From Octopus sinensis (Eukaryota): a stretch of 64,000 bases of DNA. The notes beneath the pieces are model-generated. The model did not search any database. It was not told where the DNA came from and worked only from the letters and a program-made list of their open reading frames with translations. The stretch is taken from contig NW_021836126.1 in assembly GCF_006345805.1 (NCBI RefSeq), forward strand, positions 124,001-188,000, in the 5' to 3' direction. This document shows, piece by piece, positions 41,100-54,561 of this stretch (positions are counted from its first letter, which is position 1; each line of letters opens with the position of its first letter). The position numbers were made by a program, and so were the translations under genes.

Positions 41100-41662
41100 T
41101 CAAAGGACCCCAATCTAGCAGGTGAGAACAGACACATACCTTATTGGCGACATCGAGGGCATCATAGTCAGAAGTAAGGCGGACATAGGCCTTCTTTTTA
41201 CCATCAGGGCGGATGAGAGTATTAACTCTGGCAGTCTTGACATTGTACTCAGAGTTGACAGCCCGTCTGATTTGAGGTTTATTCGCGTGGATGTCCACAA
41301 TAAACACGAGGGTGTTCTCGTTCTCGATCTTCTTCATGGCCGTCTCTGTGCTGAGGGGGTACTTTATTATCCCCGATTGGACTAGTTGGTTCTTCCGGGG
41401 GATGATTCGGGAGGCGTATTTCGGGTTCGGCAGAGACTTTTGGGTCTTTGGACGGTAGAATCGGATTTTTGTTCTTATTTTTTGTTTTACTGTTGTCTTG
41501 GTTGGAAGTTTGAGCTTCTTTTCTACTTGCATTGCTTGACTAACTGCAGCTTTCTCATCGGATGGGTTTATTTTGGCTTTCTTATTTTTGCGAGCTTTTT
41601 TTATTGTATTAATTGATACCTGTTTTTCCTTTTTTGTGAAAAGAACTTTTAAGTGTTGCCAT
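41100..41662 (-). CDS. RPL23A: 60S ribosomal protein L23a (uL23)
   Basis: [55 protein letters not shown]|IGVL*. Two 25-nt introns. Confidence 0.95.
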
Positions 41663-43204
41663 CACCACTAGAAATGATCACGTGAAATAAAATATATTTA
41701 ATTAATAATATATTTTAATTAATTATCATCACGACATATGTATTTTACAAAGAGAATTTAAATTAGCAATCCTTTCAAACTTTATATCCAACATACAAAG
41801 TCTGACTTTATGCACTATTAGTGCTTTATAATTCGTTATAAAGATTTGTCCATGTTCCATCGACCTGGAAAACGACTGTTGTCCCTATGACTGAAAAAGA
41901 GAAAAACTAATATCAAATTGGAGAATTTCTGGTCTCTAAGCATAATTTGTTTAGTTTCGAGAATAATGCAGAGAATTATATTTAATCGTCTTTTCAGAGT
42001 TTCAAATGCATTTTCTAAAAAGGTGTTTCTTAAAATAGCAGTCTCGAAAGATCGATTCTCAGCCATCTGTTCTTTAACTTTATAATGGAACATTAACAAT
42101 AATGCTAATTTATTTATACGAAATTTTGAGTCTGAACTCTATCATGTATAAATCAAGAACATGGAAAAGATAGAAGCTCATATTTTGAAAATCAAAGAAT
42201 GATGTCAGAATGATATCCTGATTCTATCTAGAAAAAAATGCAGTAAAAGTTGCATAGCAAAAAACAGGAATAAGTGGACACAAGTGAAAATGTGGGGTTC
42301 ATTAATTGAGATGGATCTTTCAAAGGTCACATAAAACACCTATAAAGAACGATACACAAACGTTGATTCTTTTTTTCAGAAACATTCGTTTATTTATTTA
42401 ACGATCATTGAATCAGTGTTGGCTATTAAAGACTGGTATGAACATCCGATGAAAGAAACCTTAAATAACAGTTAGAAAAGTCGACTTATATTGCATGTCT
42501 ACACGTGCAATATAATTATGCCTTTTTCAAGCGATCATGGGGTGTGATTCCTACTTTAATGAGAGTAAATTCTTTTCTTAGTTTGTCATACTTCCCTATT
42601 AATTACCTAAAATTTATTTTGTTGAAAAATTTGTTAAAAGAATGACAATCAAAATTCTTTGCTAAAGCCATGATGATTGTTGTGGCTCATTTCTGCGGCA
42701 AGGAATTCTTTTGCCGATAAAAATGAAATTTCCTGCAATTTCATTTTGTAAATTTGTGTGTCACTTTAAAGAAGATCCAAACTTTCTTTCAGAATAGTGT
42801 TGGCAGGAATGATTTTTCACTGAATCTAACTAAAGTTTATACTAAGTACGAAATCCTGCCTTAATAATATTTTAATACTATTTGATTCGATTCACCTTCA
42901 AAATCTAAATTTAAAAACAATTTAAAATTTTGACCGAATTGGCAAATAGTTCTATGAAATTTTCAAGATTAATACACCATCTGAGGATTATAGGCATCCA
43001 ATTCTATACCATTTCAGGTTTAAAGTGGTTCTTACCAAGAGCAAAGTGACAGTTATCAAAAGCAAACTGATACAAAAATAATTTCTGTTTTCTAACAAAA
43101 TGACCAAGCAACATTCAAAAGTGCAAAAGTGACTAGGCAAAAACCTATATATTTGCATGTTTACGTTGATTCTAACTCAATTAACCAGATCAATGTAGGG
43201 ACAC

Positions 43205-43400
43205 TTAATTGAAACCGCTGGAGCCGCGGGAAAGAAGACCGACTTGTCCCTCAACGATATCTGGCAGTCCATTGGGAGGAGGCTTAAGGATCCGAGAGAG
43301 GGCCTCTGGTTCCGTCGGCGAATCGGTCTGGCCATCGTTCGCGGCAACGCACACTGCGTCCTTGCCTCTGGCACGTAACTTTCGCCTTTCATATTTTTTT
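43205..43400 (+). mobile_element. Short CRE-like RLE 3' tail
   Basis: IETAGAAG…IGRRLKDPREGLWFRRRIGLAIVRGNAHCVL…*. Confidence 0.7.
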
Positions 43401-43589
43401 AAATAAACAATGATCCAGTTAAGCTTAATTAAAATCAGCTTATTTAATCAGACAGCATATTCGAATCAGTTTATTTCGATAATCTTAAACGACATTCAAA
43501 ACACTCTCCTCATCAATAAAAAGTTCTGGGATAAATAATATATTCATATTTAGGACAATTCTAGCAAACAAAGTGCTCGAAAATAATTA

Positions 43590-43850
43590 GCCCATTAACG
43601 AAATAAAATGTGCTGCCCAACATTTCCCAAAATCCGCTCGACACAACTCGTAGGGGATGAACAGGTCGTGGCGTACGTGAGGTACCTGACCACTTGGTGG
43701 GACTGATTGTCTGGTATGGCGGAATGACGATCAAACGAATACAGCACGTGACCGGCACATATATTGTCTCTCCCACTCGAGGGAAGACCAGTGATGTGAC
43801 CTGTGCATATAATAAAATCAAAACACACGTTCAGACGAGAACAGAGGTGC
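43590..43850 (+). pseudogene. MEX3: MEX3-like KH-domain fragment
   Basis: EIKCAAQHF…VPDHLVGLIVWYGGMTIKRIQHVTGTYIVSPTRGK resembles MEX3 EI.SAAEHF…VP.[28 protein letters not shown].K. It has an upstream stop and one frameshift. KH1 and RING are not found. Confidence 0.55.
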
Positions 43851-45559
43851 ATGAGGGAGACATCAGAAGCTGTATTTTCATAGCGATAGAGGAAATGGAG
43901 ACCATTCATAACAAGGGTATTGAGTCAGGTGACGAGGAACAGTTCAGGGATATCACCCATAAAAGCACAGCTCCTCATAGTAGGGGCTCGACATCTTCTC
44001 CCAGTGATCAATCTCGGGATACCACCAATGCGGGCTAATCATGTTGGCACAGACAATTTTGTGGAATTCTATTTTGGGGGTATTATGACCCGTCTCTTAT
44101 GTTCCCCTACTTGCATTACTTGGAGACAATGTGTTATATTCAAAACTTTATGAATAAATTAACGCTTGCTTTGGCATAAAATTCTAATTTCTGTTTATTT
44201 CTTAAGTTATTTTAAATTTACTTGGACGCCAAATAGAGGCTTGGATAGACAATCTTTTAGAGGACTTTCCCAGAGGTCTTGTCAATCGGTGTGGAATAAT
44301 TTATTTTTTGCTTTTAATATCTTTGAGGTTCATTGTTTGTCCAAAGGGACTGATTTAAAAAGATTTGTAAATTTTTTACCAGCTATTTTTGACTTTCTTG
44401 AATCAAAAATAAAATAGCAATCGTAATTAAAGTCTTTAAAATATCCAACAACGCCATTGTGGAATGCTATTAGTTATTTTTGTCTCTACTTTGGTAAGTA
44501 ATTTTCAATTAATTTGTAATTATCAACATTTAGGGCAATGTATGGTTCTTCCAATGTTTCAAGATCAACATTGGAATAAATAACAAAATTATGTTTTATT
44601 AGAGAACTTTTTAATCAAAAATATTCATTATTATGTTTACGATATATATGTAGCCTGGCGGATTGCTAGACTGTTGCAATAAATTGCATACAATTATGCT
44701 TCGAAAAGTTTTTTTTACAAAAACTTAGAGTTACCCGAAATTTTTGCCAAAACTCCAAACCAAAAATTTAGCTTATTTAACTATCCAATAATCCAAACAT
44801 TCTTCCGAAACCTAAAAATGGTGATTGACTTGATTGCACGGGAAGGAAAGATTTCGTTGCTTTCAAGAATGACAAAATAAAACAGTTCGTCACAGTTAAA
44901 CGGTTCATTAAAAATGTTAATTATTGAAATAATATTTAAATTAATATAAATGTATATAGAGAAGTCAATAATTTATGAACCGTTGAAATGAGAGAGAAAA
45001 GTCCAAAAAAGAATTCATTATTAATTATGTTTATAAGGTCATAAAATACCTTTAAAGAAAATTTCTCAAAAATGCTTTAAAGAACCAATAAACATAAAAA
45101 GAATGAAAATGACAAATACACAAAACAAATTATAAACAATAAATAAATGTGAAAAATCAAATTTATGTGAAAGTATTTATAAATTATACGTTTTGATAAT
45201 ACAATACATAAAAGTACACAAGAACAACAAAATAATATAAAACATGTGTCAAAACTGGCTTAATTTATATATTAATTTAATAGAAAAATCGGTTTTTAAT
45301 TATAAAATATACAAAAGAAAAGTCATTTTTATGCGAAAAAATACTTGACTGCTTCAGCGAAAATTGCAATTCAATTATTTCCCAAAGCCACGTTGATTTA
45401 CGTGCAGTTCATTTCTAATGATGAAGGCCGTGTTGAGATCCCACGCCTGAAGTTTCAAATACGATATGAAATCTATATAGTATAGTTTAAATCAATCTTA
45501 TATATAAAAATAATGATATTTCAAACTGAAAGACTCCTGACCTTTTAAACTGACACAAC

Positions 45560-45950
45560 CAGATCATCAGGTAACTTGTTTGCTATCACCAGTGTAGCAA
45601 CTGGGGAATCATAATTGTCGATATAACTTATAATTCAAAAACGTGACGCTAAAACCAAACACATTTCCCTTTGGAGGGGAAAGGTCATCATTCTAAGTGC
45701 TCTTCTGCCGTCTACTGCACAGATCTCTGAGTGGAATCCAGAATTACGGAGAGATCGGCGGATGATCTGATTCAGTTTTCTGTGTCCTAAAAACTTCCAA
45801 TTCCATGTTGACATGTAAGGAAGTCCATTCCTGTACGCCCCATCGGCTGTTTATTGTATTGAGAAAGAACAGCCTTAATCATTTCTCTGAGAAACGAAAA
45901 GAAGTACTCCCCAAGTCAGCTAGGGTGGTCAGACCGATGTTTCCAAATGG
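45560..45950 (-). mobile_element. Decayed CRE-like RLE fragment
   Basis: HRKLNQIIRRSLRNSGFHSE…DGRR…FPSKGKCVW. Confidence 0.6.
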
Positions 45951-46439
45951 TGGCTTGTCTCCATACCTGTTCATCAAAACAGATATTTTGAATAATATTA
46001 TGTAAATCTATCATATGTCTCTAAGACTTGGCTTTTTGAGGCAGAAATTGTCGGCTGTATTGAAATTGAAAACAAGGAAAGCTTTTTATTGACACTTCTT
46101 AATAAGCTTTATATCCAAATATCATCCAAATCATACTTAAAAAGCAGAAAACGTGTTCACATGTGTGTTTTTTGAGATTCGAAAATACCTGCTTTTTTGA
46201 TCAGACAAAAAAGCGAAATAGAATGCATTCTCCTAAATTAAAATTATGCATCTAGAGATGAAAAAAGCACAAAAATGGATAAAAAAATAAAAATACTCAT
46301 TTTTAACATTATTTTCCTATCAGTAAAATTTGTTAATCGAAATCTCCTTAATCTACACACAGATTTCAAAGGGAATATTAAAATTGATAGTCATTCTTAA
46401 CAAAAATATTAAATAAATATTTTCAAAAATAAGGAATAA

Positions 46440-46796
46440 TCATTTTTGTTTTAGAAAAGACTCGAGAAGCAATGCGTCAATATTTCTTAGGCAAATCGGA
46501 CAGGAGAACGACTTGGTGAACCAGCAGGCAAGACATTCCTTATGAAATGTGTGCAAGCAAGGGAGATGTCTTATAATGTCGTCGTTTTGGTAATCGCACA
46601 GACAAATGACACAACTATCAATACGAATTGAGCAAACACTTTTTTGAGCTCAAATGATCGGGATTGTCCACCACAGTTATTTGGAGAAAACTTGACAAAA
46701 ATTGTTTTCGTTTTGTTATGTCTACACGTTTGTTTGCATTATTTTCAAGTATCTGGTATATCAGTTAAGCTTATAAACCTCAATACAACATTCCAT
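46440..46796 (-). CDS. RNF11: Small RING-H2 E3 ligase, RNF11-like
   Basis: After 26- and 25-nt introns: MECCIE…NCVICLCDYQNDDIIRHLPCLHTFHKECLACWFTKSFSCPICLRNIDALLLESF. The SF.CP.C…DA.LL.S tail is RNF11-like. Confidence 0.75.
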
Positions 46797-46971
46797 TAAT
46801 TAATTTAAATTTTATTATTTATTAATTAAATTTTTATATCTAAAGATAATAAAAAAATATTTAAAATAATTTTACTCAAAAGCACTTTTTACATCAAATA
46901 ACACTTTTAAACTCCCAATGACATTTTGAAGTTTGTATAAAAATAGTACCTAAGCAACAGATAAATTTGAT

Positions 46972-47334
46972 ATGCAAGAAACAGACAAAAAAGAGGACAA
47001 CAAAAAATTAACGTTCAGTCACTCAATAATAAACGTGTTAAAATGTATTAATGTGGTAGTCGTCGGACATGAATGAAGAACTGAGGACTGAAGTGATGGA
47101 ACTATGCGTCACAGCCTGTGAGAAATTCTCGACGAATAATGAAGTAAGCATATATTATTAATGATTTAGCACTCGGCTAAATTTGTCAAAGAAACTTTGG
47201 ACAAAAAATTCGGGACAGGATGGCACGTGATCATCGGGGAAAGTTTCGGGTTCGATTTGATGCGAGAAACCTCGACGTTGCTTTACATGTACTTTGCGGG
47301 CTTTCTGGGAATACTGGTCTGGAAGTGTTCTTAA
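46972..47334 (+). CDS. DNAL4: Dynein axonemal light chain 4
   Basis: SDMNEELRTEVMELCVTACEKFSTNNE|HSAKFVKETLDKKFGTGWHVIIGESFGF…LYMYFAG…VWKCS*. Introns of 25 and 26 nt. Confidence 0.93.
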
Positions 47335-47469
47335 TCTCACCTGATTACTAAATTTAATAATACGAGATTGGTCTCATTCTGGAATTTCCTATTTCATTTT
47401 TATAAGAATAATTGACGTCTCAAATTAGACATTTTTCATTGAATAAGAAAAGTGCTCAACTTAATGAAT

Positions 47470-47560
47470 ATTCTGCCATCTTTATCAAAGATCGCTGCAG
47501 ATTATAATTGAGAGTGGAATCCAACTGTTCGGAAACACCGGCGGATGATTTCGTTTATTT
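47470..47560 (-). mobile_element. Tiny CRE-like fragment related to 45560-45950
   Basis: KINEIIRRCFRTVGFHS…DGR, with nucleotide similarity to ATCATCCGCCG…GGATTCCACTC at ~45740-45770. Confidence 0.5.
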
Positions 47561-47984
47561 TTGGAAGATATTATTTGAAAAAATTTATTTTATACTAAAT
47601 AAATGAATGGTGTGTAGAAATTGCAGGGCTTTATTCCAGCCGTTTTTTGTTTTGAATCTATACAAAAAATTTATTTTGTGTTAAATTTAGTTGATTTTAT
47701 AATTTTTATATTTCTAAACCCTTGTAGATTTGAGTCTAATTTTTGTTTTGAACACAAAATATGTTTGAAAAATAAATTTTGATCAGATCATAATCAAAGA
47801 AAGTATTCTTATTAAAACTATTTTGTTTATAAACCATTCCAAATAATGTAATTTCAACGTCCAAATAGAATGACTCGTTACTTTTCGTGGAGGGAAATCT
47901 TTTGTTTAGAATGTGTCATGCTTAGACTTTTTATCAAAATGACTTTTGCTTTCGTCAGTAACTGACTTCAAAAGGAATTGATGT

Positions 47985-48200
47985 ACGTCCTTTTCTTAAA
48001 AAATGTAGAAATCATCCCACTTGCGTTCGAAAAAAGAGCTGTCACTGGTGAGAAAGCAGAGGTATTTTTGAAGGAGGTCGAAAACATGACTTCTAAACGC
48101 ACGTTTGAGAGGGGGGTAACCCTACGAGTTTACCAGAGAATCTCAGACACGAGCCCGAAAAGAAAAAAATTGGCTATTCGCGATTCTAAACTCATGAAAT
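47985..48200 (+). mobile_element. Decayed CRE-like RLE tail
   Basis: IIPLAFE…TGEKAEVFLKEV…YQRIS. Confidence 0.55.
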
Positions 48201-49677
48201 TATATTTGATCGGAGTTAAATTATTAGCGATGGGTATTGATTTATTATACTTTACATTTCTGTATTAAAAATAAGACAATAAAAATTTTTTTATGAAATC
48301 AATGGTGGAATTGCATTTTTTGAATCTAATTTACTTACTTTAGGCTCTAGAATCTATCCACTCCAAAAGCAGGCGTCCCGACAGGATGAATCATTGTAAA
48401 TCTTCTTCTTAGACAAAGAGTATGGCCCCTTGTCTTTAAACTTCAGGAATCGTCGACAAGGCCACAACTCAACTCCTCACTGACATTGGTAGGAGAATCT
48501 TTATACATTAAAAATGAAATCATTTAAAAAGTTCCATTCAATTGAAATTAAATTATTAATAAAACGTACACAAATTAACTTGTAAAATAACTTTTTCAAG
48601 AAATTCTACATATCTCCAATAAAATGCATATAAAATTTTTTTAATGTTTAATAACACATAATAATCAACGTTTGAAAAAAGCAACATAACAACAAAACAT
48701 CGAGTGAAACTCGCTGATGAAATAATTTGATATTTTTATTTGTTTAAAAAAAATTAATCTAACATTTGATTATTTATTATATGGCTGGATTTCTGAAGAA
48801 CTTTTAAAATAAAAGCTGAAAAATCTATGCTCTCGGCCCACTGCTTTGCTAGTTTTGAACACCTCTTAACATCCGCCATTCTAGCGATTGGTTTAATGTT
48901 GTCTTATTGACTTCCAGAGGATCCCTCTTGCAGGGAACGCAGTATTATCACGAGTAGTATCACTGTGTGCAGCTTTCCCTGGAAAGAGCTGTGATGGTAG
49001 AATCCTTATTTGCATCCGCCCATGTCAACGAGGTGAGTAGATTCATAGGACACTGTTTTGAGGTCCTTAACCCCAATAATTTATGTATTTATCAAAAGGG
49101 ATTGGGTCTTGTCAAAGCATCTGCTTTTAGTTCTATATCAAAATGGGTCACACTTGTTTTCCTCGTTGCAAGAAAAAAAATTTGCTAACCATTTGAGCTT
49201 TTGGAAAATTTCGATGCAGTTAAATTTACTTTTATCTTTATGAATGAATTTAATTCTTGCCTACTCATTATTCACATCATTGTAAATCTTCCACGATTAT
49301 TAAATTTCGTATGTCACAGTGTCCGTTTCCTTGATATTGTCGGGCCTGATTAATTTAATTTTATTAAAAAACAATCTATCAAACATGGTTACTTTTCAGA
49401 AAGAGTGTTAACAAATACAGTTAAATGAATAAAATATGATCCCACTTGTCTGATTTTTGTTCACGTAGTGATCCAAATCGAATGTAAAATAACAGAACGA
49501 TTTTGAAAAATTGCTTATTTTAAATTAGGTATTTCAATTTCCCTTTCAGTATTTCAAATTACTCTCTGTGTAGTTCATTCGTGCGTATTCACGAATGGGT
49601 CACAATTCACATTAGATATTCTATATAAGGGTTACGAAACCACAATAGTGAAGTGTAGGCTGGTTACCTTGTCACTG

Positions 49678-51000
49678 CAGAGTTTTTTGTTAACTGAAAA
49701 AAGTGTGAAAATAGATGCACAGCAATTTTACATGGAAAAAATTATATATTATGTTGATCACAGAGATTTGGGCTTTGGACAAATAATCTTTTTGATTGTC
49801 AATCCCGAATTGGCGTTTTAATTATGGAATGAGCAGCTTTTGTTTAGAATAAAGAGTTTTCAGATAATTATTTCTCACAGTACTGTTAAGCAAAGATTCT
49901 CTTAATAGGCCCTGCATTAAAGCAAATTTATAATGGGACGAATATATTGTCGTGGGAATCGTACAGTGGTGAATGATTTTTTTGAAATGGAACAATTATT
50001 CTTAGTATGTTAAATATTAAAAGAATTTGTGTTGGAATGACATTCTTTCTTTATAGCTATTTGGAATATGAAGATCTGACTTTTAAAAAGCAAATTTCTA
50101 AATTTAATCGTTTGGTATTATTTCATCCTTTGATGAAAAGTTGAAGTTGGAATAAAATAAATCGGTACAGAAAATAGATTATAAATAATAAGGAGTTTAA
50201 AAATTAAGATTTTTCAATGTAAAATTTACAGCATTTGAAATAGATAAAACATACAAGAAAATAAAGTCGATAAATTATAAAATATCAATAAAAAACAATG
50301 TATATAATAGAAAGGGAAAGATATCATTTAAAAAGATGCATTCAATTGAAATTAAATTATTAAAAAATGGACACATTAACTTGTAAAATAACTTTTCTCA
50401 AGATATTCTACATGTACCCAATATTTAATGTTCAATAAAATGCATATAAAAAATTATATTTAAAAAAATGTTGAATAACAAATAATAATCAACTGTCGAA
50501 AATAGAACACGCTGATGATAATAATTATTTAAAAAATAATAATATTTTTTAACTATCTAAAGAAATAATATTCATAAAAAATATATAAGTTAAAGTACGA
50601 TCATTTATTATATATCTTAATATCAAAAAATTTTTAAAATAAAAACTAAAAAATCTAGATTCGAATTAACCTGGTCTATCAGCCTTGATAACTGCTTGCC
50701 GACCCTATTTTAGCAATTGGCTTTGTGCTGTTCTTTTGACCTACGCCGGATCTTTTGTTGATAACAAATCCGCCAGATCACGATTTGCATCCTTATCCAC
50801 TATAAGAAACTTTACCCTCTCTTTAGCAAACTGATTGTGGGTAGATTACTTTGTTACTCCTTACGACATTGTTAGAGAAGACTTGATTCGATAGCTTTTG
50901 TTTTATTCTACAGCCTGTGGGTCTCGATCATGGAACTGGATGACGCTTTTTCATTTCGAAAAAACCAATGTAATGCCTGCGATATCATCCGGAGATTTTT
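49678..51000. repeat. Copy B of the unclassified modular repeat family
   Basis: Colinear with 36045-37330. Confidence 0.85.
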
Positions 51001-51379
51001 GTGACTTATTAATAAAATTAATTTACCTCATAATTACACCGAAATCATGGAAATGTGTATTCTGTGGAATAAATGGAGGATTTTTTCTGCTTCAGACAAT
51101 TTATTCAGTCGTTTAAAGAAAATCTATGAATATGTGAATAAAACTGATAATTATTATCTATAAATAATGATTTTATGACTTTTCGGAATAATAAATCCGC
51201 TTCGATTTTTGGACAAAACCTCAAGTTTTGGAACACTTAGTGTTCGAAATTAAAGTGTATAAATCCAGGTCTGAGACGTTTTATAAATGACCCTTAACCT
51301 AACCAAGTGACATTATTGAAAAGCCTAATTCATGATTTTAGCAAATAGCTGTTTGATTAAAGGAGTACAAGAAGAGAGA

Positions 51380-53009
51380 CCAATCGGACTGATCCCCATC
51401 GACTTATGGTCTACCTTTTAAAGTATGTACAACAAATGAGTTACATTATCCCGAACAGTTTCCTCCCAATCCTACTATTCACATATTGGCTCAATCTCAT
51501 TCACCAAATAAAGACAAAAGACACAAATGAGACATTCCACATATTCCTCCCACGATTAATGTGGATTAATGCTATACATGTGCTAAGCACATTCGCCAAC
51601 TGAAAACTCATTCGTGTAGTTCACGCTTGTTTGAATCGACTTGATCAGTACAAGCAAACAAATATATTTATGGGGCAATAATTCATTTTGTTGATCAGGT
51701 CCTCACACACCCACTCATAGTGGCAAGTGTCTTGATTGTTGGGTCACGTACTTTGGACAGCAAATACATTTCTACTAAACGCATCTGTTGGCAGTAGTCG
51801 CTCATTTCTTGTAATTTCCTCTATTGTGCACGAAACTTGTGTCATACTTTATTGTGTGTGTAATCAAATGGAAAAGACCACCTGTAAGGATATCCCCGCT
51901 GTAAGTTAGTTGAGAATAGTCGTCCTTTAATGAAGCCAGCAGTGCCTTCAAGAACAACCACAGTTCTCGGTAATCATTGGCCTGAATAGAGCACGACTGT
52001 TGGCCTAATTCATCGACATAACAGAAATACTTCATGAGATGGAGACTGTCTGTCCACTGGGGAATCTCAGTGTGGTTTTAGGGGATGTATCCTCGATTAT
52101 TTGGAATACTTTTTATGAAGCCATCCAAATCAAGTATTTTGGCTGACTTGAAAGTGACTTTGAGATATCCTTTGAACGTGTCGGGCATGTCAGAAAGCAT
52201 CATATGCAGAGGTAAATGAAATCTTTTGCAAATAGGCATTTGACAAGCAAATAGATACACAACCAATACTTCTGTCAACATGGAAAAAGAAAAACAAGTC
52301 GACTGCCAGTGTGGACGATAGGTCTGTCCAATCTCTACTAAACTCGACCACAAAAGTTTAATTATTGGCTATTTTAGTCTCATTAAATTTCCACTAATGA
52401 AGGGCACTCTGATATTCTTTTGGGAACTCTCAATCGAGGACCTGAGAAGGATCCGGACATTGTCAACTTGCATGTTTGTGAAGACAAGACACTGGAGATT
52501 TAGTCAATAAAAAATACTTCCAGACATATCCGACTTTCCCTCTAAACATATATTTTCATACAAACGTGAAATGTGTCTGTCACTTGAGATTCGGCAGAAC
52601 GACCTTGGAGGATTGATCTTGTTTGATTTCCTTGCTGAGTGTGCGTAGTTCCTGTCTGGCCTGCTCGTGACTGAGATCTCTGGTCAGAAGAGTCGTCGAT
52701 ATCGTGGAAGGATCGATCCCAAAGTAGAAGGATTCGGGGAACCCATCCTTTCATAAAATAGAGACAAGTCCGCGTTGGTTTCTACAACCAATTAATAAGA
52801 GAAACTACTCGGAGGTGCTTGTAACAATTTAAATGGCGGAAAAATCGGTTCGACACGACCAAAAAACTTCCTTTCCCTTGTAAGCTCGAATAGAGGACTG
52901 AGCCATCTCCATAAAAATCTCCGACTTCTCCTCGGACTCTGCGATTAACTGGAATTCTTACTTCACGTGTGGACAAGGAAGCAGGAGTCGTGGTCTCGAA
53001 GTTTGTCAT
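51380..53009 (-). other. Intronless, moderately GC-rich degenerate reading region of unknown origin (possible endogenised viral or TE gene)
   Basis: Long frames broken by single stops: 53009-52542 has one stop, and ~52490-51802 has two. No micro-introns are needed, unlike host genes. Confidence 0.3.
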
Positions 53010-53602
53010 TTTATTTATTTATTGATTAAAGACCCGAGTAAACCAGTTAATTATAATCCCCCGTGATCCCCGATTCATGTAAACGAAGTAGATTTTTCTG
53101 AAAGATTCGAGCCTGCCCACAATGATCTGACTGAGAAGACCATGTCCCAAGGTCAGAGTTCTAGAAGTTCTTTTTTGATAGTTAATTAAAAAATAATTAT
53201 AGATTGACCTAATAATATTTAGCGCTTTTTTGGAAAGGAAAATATTTATGTAAATGGAGGCTGTTTAGATAAAGTCACAGGAGATGATTGACTGATTTGT
53301 GCTTTTAATGATCGACTGATGTATAGTCCTGAATGTGCTTTTCTGGCCCACCGTCACGTCTAGGAAATGAGGGGCAAACCTCTAAAATACCACCCACCGA
53401 ATAGAGGAAGTGTAGCTATAAAAACCTGTATTCCGTCTTTTTCCATATAAAATAAATTTATTTAATTTTGTTTTTTTTTCAGTGGTGAAACGTATACTAG
53501 AATAGACTAATTATAAAGCAATAAAAATATTCGTAATATATGGCAGCGACCAAATTGCTTGTCTTTACAGTTTTGGAATGCCCCTTTGTGATCAACTCAA
53601 AT

Positions 53603-53732
53603 AACAACGAGACCAGGAAATCCCTCAGTTGGATCAACTCGGGTAACAACAGCATTTCGGAATCGGCCACTGTGATCGACCTGAATAGCAACGAGACCAG
53701 GCAATCCCTCAGTGGGATCAACTCTGGTAACA
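53603..53732. repeat. Two ~46-bp direct repeats 84 bp apart
   Basis: CAACGAGACCAGG(A/C)AATCCCTCAGT(T/G)GGATCAACTC(G/T)GGTAACA x2, in frame (NETR.SLS.INSGN). Confidence 0.8.
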
Positions 53733-54410
53733 AAACAGTGGTGAATGATTTTCCTGAAACAAAACAATTATTCTTAGTATGTTAGATATTAAAAGAATTT
53801 GTGTTGGAATGACATTCTTTCTCTATAGCTATTTGGAATGTGAAGATCTGATTTTTAAAAAAAGATTTTCTAAATTTAATCGTTTGGTATTATTTCATCC
53901 GTCGATGGAAAGTTGAAGTTGGAATAAAATTAATCGGTACAGAAAATAGATTATAAATAATAAGGAGATTAAAAATTGAGATTTTTCAATGTAAAATTTA
54001 CAGCAATTGAAATAGATAAAACATACAAGAAAATAAAGTCGATAAATTATAAAATATCAATAAAAATCAATGTATATAATAGAAAAGGAAAGATATCATA
54101 TAAAAATGCATTCAGTTGAAATTAAATTATTAAAACAATGGAATATCAACATGTAAAATAACTTTTCTCAAGATATTCTACATGTACCCAATATTTAATC
54201 TTCAATAAAATGCATATACAAAATTATATTTAAAAAAATGTTTAATAACAAATAATAATCAACTGTCGAAAATAGCTGATGAAAATAATAATCGATGGAA
54301 ATAGTGATTCAATATTTATACTTTTTAATTATTAAAAAAATAATATTTATAGAAAATATATAAGTTAAAGTTCAATCATTGATTATATAACTTAATTTCA
54401 GAAAAACTTT
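53733..54410. repeat. Partial copy C of the modular repeat family
   Basis: Begins ACAGTGGTGAATGATTT… and is colinear with 36330-36990. Confidence 0.85.
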
Positions 54411-54561
54411 TACTGAATATGTATTTGCACTATTTTAATACATTACCTTTTTTCCCCTACAAATCACATCTCCATACCGATCCGTTTCTGGTAAAGCTGT
54501 TTGAGTACATCAGTGAAATAGTCACCACAAGAGACTTTCATCGATAGACTGTTTCTCATGA

